From positions 5,642,001 through 5,706,000 of the forward strand of contig CM022671.1 of the NCBI GenBank assembly GCA_012295275.1: a stretch of DNA of 64,000 nt. The letters are read 5' to 3'. The position numbers were made by a program, and so were the translations under genes. A model generated the notes under the pieces. It was not told where the DNA came from. It ran no database searches and was given only the letters and a program-made list of their open reading frames with translations. Within the stretch, counting starts at the first letter, position 1. Each line of letters starts with the position of its first letter. Shown here piece after piece: positions 1 through 33,029 of this stretch. This DNA comes from Chrysomallon squamiferum. Taxonomy: Eukaryota > Animalia > Mollusca.

Positions 1-7
1 TGTCTAG

Positions 8-48
<41 letters not shown>

Positions 49-144
49 ACTCACTCACTCACTCACTCTTTTTCTCTTTCTTTTCTCTAAAACATTTTAC
101 AAAGTCAGTTTCCATACAACTCTTTATCTATTTGATCTTTTCAG

Positions 145-315
145 GAAATTCCTGAATCCCAGATAGACACCAAATCGGCTTACATTTTATTTTATGAGCA
201 AGAAAAGATTGATATGAACAAGATAATGCCAGATGTGACAGGGAAAGAACCAGATATTTCAGAAATTGATGACGAATTTGAGTCTGACTTCAAGAAAATG
301 TGTGTGCTACAGTGA
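145..315 (+). CDS. USP32: Ubiquitin carboxyl-terminal hydrolase 32, terminal coding exon (partial gene, upstream exons outside window)
   Basis: Acceptor ttttcag|GAA at 144/145. Translates EIPESQIDTKSAYILFYEQEKIDMNKIMPDVTGKEPDISEIDDEFESDFKKMCVLQ*. It has the USP C-terminal AYILFY motif, and the FESDxKKxCVLQ CaaX end matches USP32 orthologues as I recall them. Confidence 0.9.
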   Translation, partial: EIPESQIDTKSAYILFYEQEKIDMNKIMPDVTGKEPDISEIDDEFESDFKKMCVLQ

Positions 316-629
316 TTACCAACATTAGGAAGAGGTGCTTACTTCCCCACACATGAAAACTGCAGAAAAGTATTAGAGAAACATGAATATTTTGATAACA
401 GTGCATCAAGAATTTCTTTTACTCAAAACTTTGTTGTGAAACCTTTCAGTATATGAGTGTAAAAAAAAAGATGTTTAGAGCTGTGGTTTTTTTTTAGAGC
501 AGTATATATTCAGTGGATTCTTGTTTTTATTATTTAAAGGGGCATAGATGGATTGATTTCACCAGTTTTAATTAATAAATAGTATTAGTTGGTTTCTTTC
601 ATATTTCAGATACTTATATAATGGCTCTC

Positions 630-1085
630 TTGATACTTGGAAGCTTGACTAAATATATTGGCAGTATTCGTACTTGACAAATCTGACTGAATACTCATTC
701 TTTTATGCTTGACAAATCTAACAGTGGACTGATATTATCATACTTGATAAATTAGGACTAAGTTCTGTCCATACTTGACAGATTTGACTAAAATGTATTG
801 ACACTATTCATAATTTACTGAAGATTTCAACTCTTTATGCACTTGACCTGTTTGATTCTGTTAATTTTTGACAAATTTGTCGAAAAACTTCCTATATTGA
901 TCAGTTAAATGTGTTGATTTTTGACTGGAAATTTTGACACTTTGTACTTGATTAAATATGTTGGCACTATCCATACTTGCCTGAAGATTTTTGCACTTTA
1001 TACTTGACAAACTTCACCAAGTATATTGCCTTTATTATGCTTGATAAGTAAATATTACGTTGACAGTTCAAAAATCTTGACTGAC
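630..1085 (+). repeat. Degenerate minisatellite (core tacttgacaaattgact) in the USP32 3' UTR
   Basis: More than 10 diverged copies of the atacttgac/tttgac motif at roughly 30-40 nt spacing. Confidence 0.65.
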
Positions 1086-1873
1086 TAGTGTCCTGCGAAA
1101 GCAAAATAAACCAGATGAATATATTTTTAAAAAGACTAAAACAATTGATGAATACTGATTTTCTTAATCACTAGATTAGATTCTGATCAAAGAAATCCAT
1201 TCTATATAAGCAGTGCTACAAGTAATTATAGTTTAGTTATGATTTTTTTTTTTTTTTTTTGTGATTTAGTGGAATGTGAACATATATTTTAAAAATATCA
1301 TTTTAGCTTGCATCTAGTAACCCTCTGGCTCTCACAAAACAGTGATATATAAACTGTACACAAATTAACAAATCTGTCAAAACTTATCAGCTCCATCATG
1401 ATTTCTCAAGTTTTGTTAAATATACTCTGTGACTATGCATGACTCTATTCATATTTACGAATTTTGACCAAATCTAATGGTTCTCTAAAGTTTTGACAGA
1501 TTTGATTCAATGTATTGATCAAATTGTAGTCAGAGTTTTAAAAAAGAAATTATAAAGTTAAATTTTATGACGGTTTTTAAATATTACTTATTAGCTACTT
1601 AACAGTTGAGGAATTATTTTTCCTCTACAGAATTGTAAAATATATTAATTACATTGCTCTTTCAGTACAGTTTTAAAAGCTTTTAGTATTTTAATAACAG
1701 AATATAAGTTTGAATTAATGGTTAAGTTAATTAAGTGTCAGATAAATAATTATGTTGAAACAAAAGAAGTTTGACAAAAGATTAAATTAATTTCATTTTA
1801 TAAAACACTTAATTGTATTTAAGTTTTAAGTTTCTGATTGCTGTGACAGAATTTCATTTTTGAATGTTCACTG

Positions 1874-1906
<33 letters not shown>

Positions 1907-3157
1907 ATGAAATCTAAAAGAACTGGTTGTGAGTAGATACTGAGTATAAAAATTAATTAGAGAGAGTAAAAGTGATTTTCTAAAGGGCAAACTGTCAGTT
2001 TTTACATTCCAGTAAGTGTCAAAGGTTCTGATATGTATGATTTTCCAAAACTCTGCAGCTAATTGATAGTCATGCAATCAGTTTGCATCCTGTCATAGTC
2101 TACCAAAGTATTGTAATATTAAGGATTGTTATGCAAATTTGACTATCTTTTCCTTTTGTTTTTTCTGTCTCTTTTTTTTTTTTTTTGTGTGTGTGTGTAT
2201 GATTGTGTGAAATTAATATTGTTGAATTTTGTTGTTTTATTTTATATAATTTGAAATTCATCTATTATCATTCTCTCTCTCTCTCTCTCTCACTCACTCA
2301 AGGACAATGGAACTTCTTTTTTTTCTCATAAATACATTAAACCCACCGATAATTGTTACAGTTTTAAAATGATATTAAAAAAAAAGTAAAATAAGAAAAA
2401 ACCCTTTTATTTTATTTTTTTATTTTCATTTTATTTCCCATTTATTATTGTGTTAAATGAAGTAAAATATATAAAAAGGGAATTTTCCAAAGGATGCCTC
2501 ACAGTTTTTATTTTAGGGTTCCCAAGTTAAATGAAACTGGACTCTTTGTAAGTATTAAAATATGCATCTTTTTGCACTGATACAAATAACATAAATACTG
2601 CAGACAGGAATTTTCCCTCTTCAGTATGTTGTAATTCAAGTGATTTTAACATGGGTTCAAGAGAACAAATGAAATCTGCTGATGATATGTTTTCTTCGTT
2701 CAGTCTGTTTTCATTCTTCATGTTAAAGTAAGTTTTCTATAACATTCAATTCTTTAACTTTTTAACTCTTCGACATTTGAAACTTAGTGTTTTTATATTT
2801 GTGTGACAGACAGTGTGCGAAGGGTTTGAAGAGCATAATGCAGACTGAAACATGCTTATTTACCAACTACAGAAACCATAACATTTTTTTTTAATTTATT
2901 TTATTTTTTTAATTATTATTTAAGATTTATAGCAAGTTTTTGATACTTTTTTTTTTTTTTTTTTTTTTATTATTATTTTGGTGTTTTAATTTAAATTTAG
3001 TTTTTGTGTTTGAAGTCAAAAGATGAATGATTTTCAGTTTGTTAGCTGATGTGTAAATATATTATCTGTATGACTGGTCTTGAGTTCAAAACTGATCAGT
3101 GACTTTTTTATCTTACTTTTGTTTTTAAATTTTTTTTTTTTTTTTTTTTTTTATTAC

Positions 3158-3225
<68 letters not shown>

Positions 3226-4234
3226 TATTTTGTAAATAAATTGGTTATACTGTATAGTCCATTCATTAATCTTTATCTTGTAAAATAACCATGCATCATT
3301 CCTTCAGCCGCCTCAGTTTGCCATAGAGAGTTTTTATTTGTTTGTTGATGGGACTGTAATAATGTCCACTACAAGTGTATGACAATATTTCTGTATATTG
3401 GCTGTTTCCAGAATCAACAGACTCTGTAATAAGCAGATTTATGTGTGCAATTTTCAAACTTATATTCATTGTTGAACTGTAGAATTACAAGTAGAATATA
3501 TAGATTATAGAACATAATTGTTGTGTGTTTATATCCTAAACTGTTGAAAACCATCATCACTCCAGTCAATATCTATATCCTATTTTTGGGGTCTGTGCAA
3601 GTTTTTTTTTTTTTTTTTTTTTTTTTGTTTGTTATTTACATGAAGATTTATATAATAATAAAGCATATTTGTTTTTGTTTAAATAATTTGAAAAAAAAAA
3701 AGGTTAAAAAATTATTTTAACATAGTAGTAATAATAAGGAGAAATTTTGATGGTAAGACGATGGTTTTTGATGGTTACGATTATGCATACATACATTTAT
3801 ACATGTAATGCCATATGCATTTAGAAGTAAGTGCGATTGTTATAAAAAAAAAATTATCAGAAATTCTATTTAATGTTGTTTTCAAAATAACAGATATATG
3901 CAAAAACATTTGTTTTTTGTTCAGATTTCTATAAGAAGATGGTTAGTGCTGTATTCACATAAGAAATAAATAAATAAATAAATAAATAAATGAATACCTA
4001 ATATTCGTACTCTCAATTGTAATAGTTATGTAGCTGATAACGTTTAAAAAGTGAATGAAAAATATAGCTCATAGAATCTGTTGTTTCGCTTAACCCAATA
4101 TGAAAAAAAAGTTGCAGAATGGCCAGGGATGGGCAGGCCCATTTCTAGTTATGAAAAATAGTTACGTTAACATTATTTCATTAAGTTTATCTCACTTTGA
4201 GTTAATAATTATCAAAAAGTTAATCTGATTTTAC

Positions 4235-4520
4235 ATTTTTGATTATAACATTACTTTTTGGTTCACTTTATGTTACTGACTATAACATTACTTTGACCCA
4301 TTTAAGTTAATAACTACATGTATAAAACTAATTTGGCCTAATTTGAGTTAACTACTATGAAATTAATTTGACCTATTTAATTAATTTGTGTTAACTATGA
4401 AACTGGTTTGACCTTCTTTGTGTGTTGATTATGAAACTAGATTGACCTAATTTGTGATAATGTTTAAACTAGTCTGACCTATTTTGTTAACTGTGAAACT
4501 AGGTGTTTTTTTACCTACTT
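4235..4520 (+). repeat. Degenerate about 30-bp minisatellite (ttgacctaatttgtgttaactatgaaact)
   Basis: About 9 diverged copies visible. Confidence 0.7.
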
Positions 4521-5090
4521 TGCATGTAACACCAGTTAAAAAACAAAATAACAAAATTAATTAATGATTATGTCTTGATTTAATTGCATTACTCTGTCTG
4601 ATTTTTTGTTTTTATTTTGGCCCACTTTGGTGTGAAAGGGTAGATGGGCTGTTTAGGTCAGTTTTGGCATTGTTGTATGTGTAAATATCTGGCCACCATT
4701 AACTGTGTGAATTACATCAGTGTCTATGAACATAATTATGTTTTGGTTATTTTTTTACAGAATTGGTGAAGTTTCACTTTTATTGTTCATTTAGTTAGTG
4801 TGATTCTCATTCATAAACATTTTATATTCATTATTAGTAATACTACTACTACTACTACTACTGCTACTATTACTATTACTACTAATTCTACTACTACCAT
4901 TATTACTATTACTGTTACTACTATTACTACTACTACTACTATTATTAAAGACAAAACCATGGTTCAAACTGTAAAATTAATTTATTGAAAACTTATTGAT
5001 TGATTGATTGATTGATTATATTATATTATATATATATATATATATATTCTATTATTTTATATTATATTATATTATATTATTCTTGCATGG

Positions 5091-5128
<38 letters not shown>

Positions 5129-6223
5129 GAAAAATAATGTGTCTATTTTGGATAAAATGAAATAATAACAAATAATAGAAATATGAAGTTATTAGAAATA
5201 ATAATAATAATAACAGAAATAACAATAACAATAGTGACCATAATAACAATAATGAAGAAGATAATTCATAAATTGTTTTGTTGTCAGATTAACAGTAAAG
5301 CTATAACAGATAACTTTTAAAAAATACTAATGCATTATAACCTGTTTTAAAGGACAACATTTGAAAGGTATTTCCTCTTGTAAAGAGTAAGTAACTTACA
5401 GTGATTAAAATTAAAACAAATAAATCATTTGATTGTTAAATATATTTTACATTGGTTAAAATAAAATAAAATTTCCTTTTCTTTCTTTCTTTCTTTCATC
5501 TTTATTTTAAAAAAAAAAAATAAAATAGAATAAAAATCTTCATTTTTAATTTTCCACCTTCACCAACATATAAACCCAACAACAAAATAATAAATAAATA
5601 TAAGAAGTGTATTTGTCAGTCCATTTGTCTGTTGATTTGTTCTTTTTGTTTTTTGTACATTAGACATTTACTCAGGAAATATTTAAAAAGAAATAAATTT
5701 TAAAAAGCTATAAATATAAAAGTTATCGTTTGTTGCATGGTTTGTTGTTGTTTATCAAAATATTGTAATATCTGGGGGTTTTTTTAATTGTGTTACTGTA
5801 TATTTAAAACTTTAATAATAGTTACTCAAACTGGTTTGCAGAGTAGACGTTGTTGAAACTAAATATAGTTACCTTTACAGAGTTAACATTTTCAGCTTTA
5901 TACATACTTGTACATACATTTGAATGCACATCTACAGAACAACTACATCAGTAATAAATAAAATAGAATTAAAAATTCTGGCTGTTGCAGTGACATGTTT
6001 TATTTATTATTATTTTATTTTTAATTCTTAATTTTATTTTGATTGCTTGCTGATATATAATGACCAGATAACTGATTTGGTGTAGGCAGGTGTAATGTTT
6101 TTTTTTTTTTTAAATATTTGAAAGGTAAATATTTAAATGTTGTTTTCTGTGTACTCACAGTGTGTTAGCTGTGTGTTCTCGCCAAACATCATCATTATAG
6201 CCTGACTGTGATTTCTACCTGGG

Positions 6224-6229
6224 AATAAA
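6224..6229 (+). terminator. Candidate distal poly(A) signal for USP32
   Basis: AATAAA followed about 30 nt later by a GT/T-rich element (gtcttgttgttttttttt). Other AATAAA sites occur upstream, e.g. about 3657. Confidence 0.35.
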
Positions 6230-6469
6230 TCTGAACAATGCTGAAATATACATTAGTCTTGTTGTTTTTTTTTCTTGTATAGTTCTATTAGTAGCAGACA
6301 TACATAAATAACCCATAACCAGTGTAAATTTAGTGATGTCATTTGTAACTGAATGCACATCAATATAAACTAATATTTTGTTTGCAGTTTATTTTTTTTC
6401 TCTTATTTTTTTAAATTTTTTTTTTTAAGCTGTAATACAAAAACAAACAAAAAAGTTTGATAAAATGCT

Positions 6470-6475
6470 TTTATT
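6470..6475 (-). terminator. Candidate poly(A) signal for SPT6
   Basis: TTTATT on plus (AATAAA on minus), with a U/GU-rich element downstream on minus (complement of acaaaaacaaacaaaaaag, 6437-6455). Alternatives at 6528 and 6605. Confidence 0.35.
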
Positions 6476-8617
6476 TTGTAAATTTTATCAAATTTTCATG
6501 CACTGACAACATTATTAAATACTTCTTTTTATTCACCCAACACTTCTCAAAGGTCAGAAAAAACCGAGCTGAGTTATGATTGGGTTTGGAATCAGTTCTG
6601 TACATTTATTCCACTGTCTGGAATAACTAAAGCTGCATTCGCTTTCCTCACATGATCGCAAAGGTACTCTTGCTGCTTATAACCAAAAAGAGTAACCCAT
6701 GACATCATCACATATATAACTGAACAAGTATGTCATTAAATACGACTTTTCCCCCAGCTTAAGACACATCCACAAACACAATGATATTTTCCAGACCATT
6801 TATCTTTGCATGTACAATGAATAAAAATAATTTAAAAAAAGAAAAAAGAAAAGAAGAGCCAAGAACTTGGTAATTATAAAGGCAGCACTTGACTCATTTT
6901 CATTATTCATACAATCAAAGGTCGATGCTTTTAAATTTTCAGTTCCATAAAACTTCCATTGTGTTGGTATAAATTAAATACAATAATTATTACACTTCAA
7001 AATCTGGTAATCCAAAAATACTTTCAATGCAGGATTTTTTTTTTTCTACAGTTTTTTCATAAAGAAATATAGACATAATCTATCAAAATAGTATTTACAA
7101 AACTATTATCAGATTCATTATTATTAAAACCAGAAAAGAAAAAAAAAGAAGAAATTTGAGGAATGTTTTATAGCCTTACCTGCTAAATTACACTTATCTT
7201 CTGTAAGCAAAGTATACATGCAAAGAACAAAACATTTTATATATACAAAGTTTGACCTGTTTAATTTAATTAACTTATGTTTACATTTTACAAGTCTTAG
7301 ATTAAATAATAACTTGATTGTTCATTTTAAAAAATAAACAGCAAAAAAGCTAAATTTTTATTCATAATTTTTAAAAAATGTTCAGTATATTTACATCAGT
7401 ATATAGATTTAAAAAAAGAAAATATATCAAATCTTCCCATTTTCTGTGAAGGATTGAATTATTTTATTTTTGATTTCTTATATTTTTATTTTTTTTTTTT
7501 ATTATTTTGTGACATGGAGTTTGGTACATTTTTATATGTTTATTTAGAATATACACATTATTTAAAATGATTCTTTTTTATGAAACTATCTAAAAGCAGT
7601 CATGGTATTTTGAAACTGGCAGTGCAAGGTTTTACTTATATTGGAGCAACACTTCAGAAATATTTGTTCATCAATCATACATTTAAACACTTATATTCAT
7701 GAAATTGTCTATTTAGCAATTAATTTCTTTTTGTGAAAACATATATTTAGCAACTCCTGTTCATGAAATTTTTTTTACTACCTTCTATTTGTGAAATCCT
7801 GTATTTGGCAATTTCTGTTGCTGAACTTGTCTATTCAATGATTTCATGAATAAAATTTAGCTTTAACAAGACATTAAAAAAATTAGTGAAAAAATCCTGA
7901 GAATTCAAAATAGATGTAATTCAAAATGATGTGTTTAACAATAATAATCTCTCTCAACATCCCTGTACCCTTCACAGTAAGTAAAAAACATTAAAATGTA
8001 CATTAAATAATTTTCTTTATTTGGTTTTGTCTTTTTATCATTATTAATATGGCAAGATGGTTATTTTTAATTAAGAAAATAAAGTTTTCAAAAATATATA
8101 CAATGTATGTTTTATCCTTTCCTGCATGCACAATCACCTCCCCTCTAGATCTTTTCTTCTCACCCTAAACATTTCTTAAATAGTTATTATTTTTGTCCAG
8201 TCTATCATAAAAAAATACTACATATTTTGTGTAATTTATTAGTAGATCACACAGTATAAGAAATTATGACACAAATAAACTGAAATCCCTACAGAGATGG
8301 TAAAATACAAAAAGGTACACTGAAAACATAATTTAACAAACGACAAGAAATAATGATTACAATTCAATCTTTCTCTCTGTTCTGTTCAGTTTTGTATATT
8401 GACATTACATTCACAGGTTTTGTGTTTTTTTTGTATGACTTTTTTGTGTTTTTAAATACTGAATATAACTGATTTGGTTCTTGCCAACAAAAAAGCTTAA
8501 AAAAAAAAAAAAAAAAAAAAATCCCCATACTTTCTCAACAAGCAGTCCGGTTTTCAAGTCCCCCACCCCTGCAAATAACATGACTTCCCATCCACACCCA
8601 CACCCACACCCGCCCGA

Positions 8618-29354
<20,737 letters not shown>

Positions 29355-30759
29355 TTTTTAATTCTGCTTCTTACCTGAAATTAAACAGCATTTCTTTATT
29401 ATTATTTATTTTTTTTTTTTTTTTTTTTTTTTTTTCAAATTAATTTTTTTTTGGTTTCTTCCCATCAATTACAAATGGTTTGATTCAGTTCGTTGTCATT
29501 AACATTTTGCAGCCATAGTATCTATTTAATGTTGTTTCAGCATATTCCTGTCATGCATTGTCCTATGTAATTCACATGATTATATTTATACATAATAGTA
29601 CACATACACATATATATATATATATATAGTTTTGTTTATATATATATACATGTGTGTGTGTGTGTGAAATGTAAGATCATTTTTATTGCTCTGAAAGTAA
29701 AAGATCGCCACGCAATGTGATAATGAATAGTTATGACAATGTGACATTGAGCTGGCAATGCACCGTTAATAATAATTATTTTTATATTGTGCAGATCTAG
29801 CACATATCTGATTTCAAAGGACAAAAATCATATTTTAAAAAGTTATTTATGTATCTAGGATAACACAGTTATTATAGAGTTGCATGTTAAAAAATGTGTA
29901 GCGATCATCAAAATTCATCTGCAATAATTTAGCCATGCAGAGCCTGCTACGGTAGCCTCGATTACACAGGCATCGTGAGTAGCAGCAAATTTCTGAGCAA
30001 TCAGATTGCGTCCCTTCGAAATGGGTGGAGGATATTGTTGCCGTTGCTGATGAACTCGTCATAAGCCATAAGCCATAATAATTTGTTACTGTATTTAGAA
30101 CAGTTTCCTTCACTTTGTCAGAGAAGATATAAACTAATTGCATCCAAGTAGTTTTAAACCGTCTCAGTTTTTCAATGTTCTTTATCAGAACAAAAACAAA
30201 ATAAAGAAAAATGATGAAAAAAACAACAAGCAAAAACCAAAAACTTTGGTAGTACAAGTACAGGTTTAATCTCTTCTGAACTTAAAGTTATGAAGTTCTG
30301 ATAGATCAAACAGCCACACTACAGTTTTATTATTATGGATTAATTCTAAAATCCTGTGATTTCCTGGATAAATTTTTTTTTCATTTAATTTTTTTCTTCT
30401 TCTTAATACTGAAAATTATAACTTTTGGATCATGCTGATAATATGCACAAATCTGTATCTTTCATTCTAAGTCTTACTGCTTAAGCATAACTCACTAAAT
30501 AGCTGAATTTCTGTATGCTGAACAACAACATGCACATTCTGACTAGTAACTCCAATAAATGTGCAATAAATGTTATAAACATAATAAAGACTACATCTCA
30601 TGTAAATAGCATAAACCAAGTCATCTGCAAAAAGATAATGAGCAGTCAGCTAAAAATAAATATGCATCTCAACTGGTATCACCAGACAATGAAAACTTCA
30701 AATAATCATTTAATGCATTGATAATGATTTAATCATTCTAATCTGATTGTAATCATGAT

Positions 30760-33029
30760 CATGTCGACGACTATGATTTGACATATCAAACCTTTTTTGA
30801 AACAATAAATAATACCTTAATATTTTACTTTAATAGTTACTTGCCTTTTACTTCAAAAATGGTGATAAAAGAAAAAATAGGCCTAGCTGAATTTTCGTTT
30901 AAACACATTTAAAGGTGAAAACATAACGATAAATCATAAAATGACGACGGAGAAGTTACGATAAAAATGTTAACCATCAACAGATCAACGAAATGTGATA
31001 TAATAATAAACAAAGAATATCATTGTCCATAAAAACATGTGGTGCACATATCGAAAAGAAAAGCAGTCTTAACAGTTTTGGAAATATTTTTACCAAAATA
31101 ATATATAATCAAATCTTTTACCAAATTTGAGTGAAAACCCGATTTCTCTTTCCAAGCCGGAAGTCCTTGCTTGTTGAGGTTATTTCATATTAAATTGCTC
31201 CCGATACATTGCGCATCAGTTAAAGAGTTGCGGACTTTAAATTTCTTTATATTGGTGAAAAAATATTTTATTGTTAAATTAAAGTATTATTTTATTCAGC
31301 AGGCATTCAATGAGAAAAAAAATATATGATACCGAAAACCATACCTTCATGTCATGCGTATTGAATCCTCTACGTAAAATGCACATAATTGCCGACAACA
31401 AACATGGGGCTTTCCGGATATTTCAAAATTGTAACATTTATTTGGCTGAAATATACTGAGTGAATTAGTATATTCAAAATATGAGGTTTTTTTTTTTTTT
31501 TTTTTTAAATGCTTACAATATTCATTGTCGAATAAAATTATAAATTCTATATTTAGATGAAAATTAACACTGATCCTGTACGTGTTTTCTTTTACAGTTC
31601 TTTGTACTTATTGTAAAGTTATTCAGCATTTACATCATGTACTTAACAACTTTATATGCTGAATTTCTTTTCAGATAAAAGAATGTCGTAAAATAGAAAT
31701 TTGAAATTTAAGAAAAACATAAAGTGGCAAAAATTAATAATAATAATAATAATATTTAATAAACAAATATATATATATATATTATATAAATAAATAATAA
31801 ATAAATAAACAAATTAATAAATTAATTAATGTATATCAATTACAATATTTTTTTCGATGGCCTTATAAATGTAAAAAATATACCGTTTAATTTATTCGGT
31901 GCCTTTTTAACCATATGAATGACACATTTCTTTGCATCCTCTCTTTCTCGTTTACTCATGTTCGTCTTACTGTTTATTTCTATTTTATTTTCATTTAATT
32001 AATTTCTTGTCACAACATATTATGAAATATAAAAAATAAAAAAAATAAAAAAAGTTTATGCAGCAACTATATACATTATAAACAACTGATTATATGTTAT
32101 TATTATTATTATTAAATTACTATATTGTTATTGTTTTTAGATAATAATTATTTATTATTTCGGCATTATTAAACAATAACATCATACAAAATGTTAACTA
32201 GCTATATCTGATGCTGATATTACCACGGCTAGTAAATACTTTATAATTCCACTGTTACAGCAATGAACGAATATGACAGATTAATTAATGCAGTGTTAAT
32301 TACTAACTTCTCCTGTCAGTAACAAGAGTTAATGTCGTTTTAGCCGATTGGTTTGACCTTTGAACTTTCAAACTGATGACTCCAGATCAAATCATTTCGT
32401 TTTTAAACATTTGTTCGATTGTATAGAATATATTTATAAAATAGTTAATGAAAATGGTGAGAAATACGAACTTTAAGGATTGCATTGCTGCAAATACACC
32501 TTAATTTTCTGTTTGATTTTACTTTCCCAAGTTTAATATATTATTTTTAATTATTATAGTCTGTTAAAGTCTTATTTCCAAGTTCTCTAGACAAACAGAC
32601 GTATGAAATGCAAAATGAACTGTAGCATACGCTTTCTGATTGATGCGATTAAACCATACAGATAGCGTACTTTTCATTTGTTTAAATATAAATGAAATGC
32701 AAGCCTAAGGGGCGAGAAAAAGGTTAATAATAAAAAAAAATTGAAAAAAAAAAAAAAAAAAAAATCTTTTACTGGAATCGCCAAATAAGAAAGACTAATT
32801 TTTGTGGATTGGTACCATACAGCTATTTTATCGAGTTCTACATTTTCTTAATTCATTAGCGTATCAATTCTCCAATAGTAGTATACAAACAAAGGTCGTG
32901 TGACGCTACAAAGGACAAGCATGGCGGTGATCAGCTGAAACGTTCTTTCATGTAGGTCATAAGATAATTTCAGTTTTTGTGAGGATGGAAACAGGATTTA
33001 CTTTACATTAACAAGTGATCTGGCGTGTC
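30760..33029. promoter_or_regulatory. Divergent promoter region between SPT6 (-) and PPTC7 (+)
   Basis: Head-to-head genes and visibly more CpG than the flanking introns. ETS-type site CCGGAAGT at 31157-31164 lies next to a candidate SPT6 non-coding first-exon donor (TTG|gtaaaa at 31122/31121). Inverted CCAAT (GATTGG 32346-32351) and a DR1 element at 32354-32366. TSS positions are not determinable. Confidence 0.55.

Noticed and set aside
31404-31680. Short ATG-initiated ORF MGLSGYFKIVTFIWLKYTE with possible downstream acceptors (candidate micropeptide or remnant of a divergent gene)
   Set aside because: Only 19 codons, with no convincing similarity to anything I recognise, so it cannot be supported from sequence alone.
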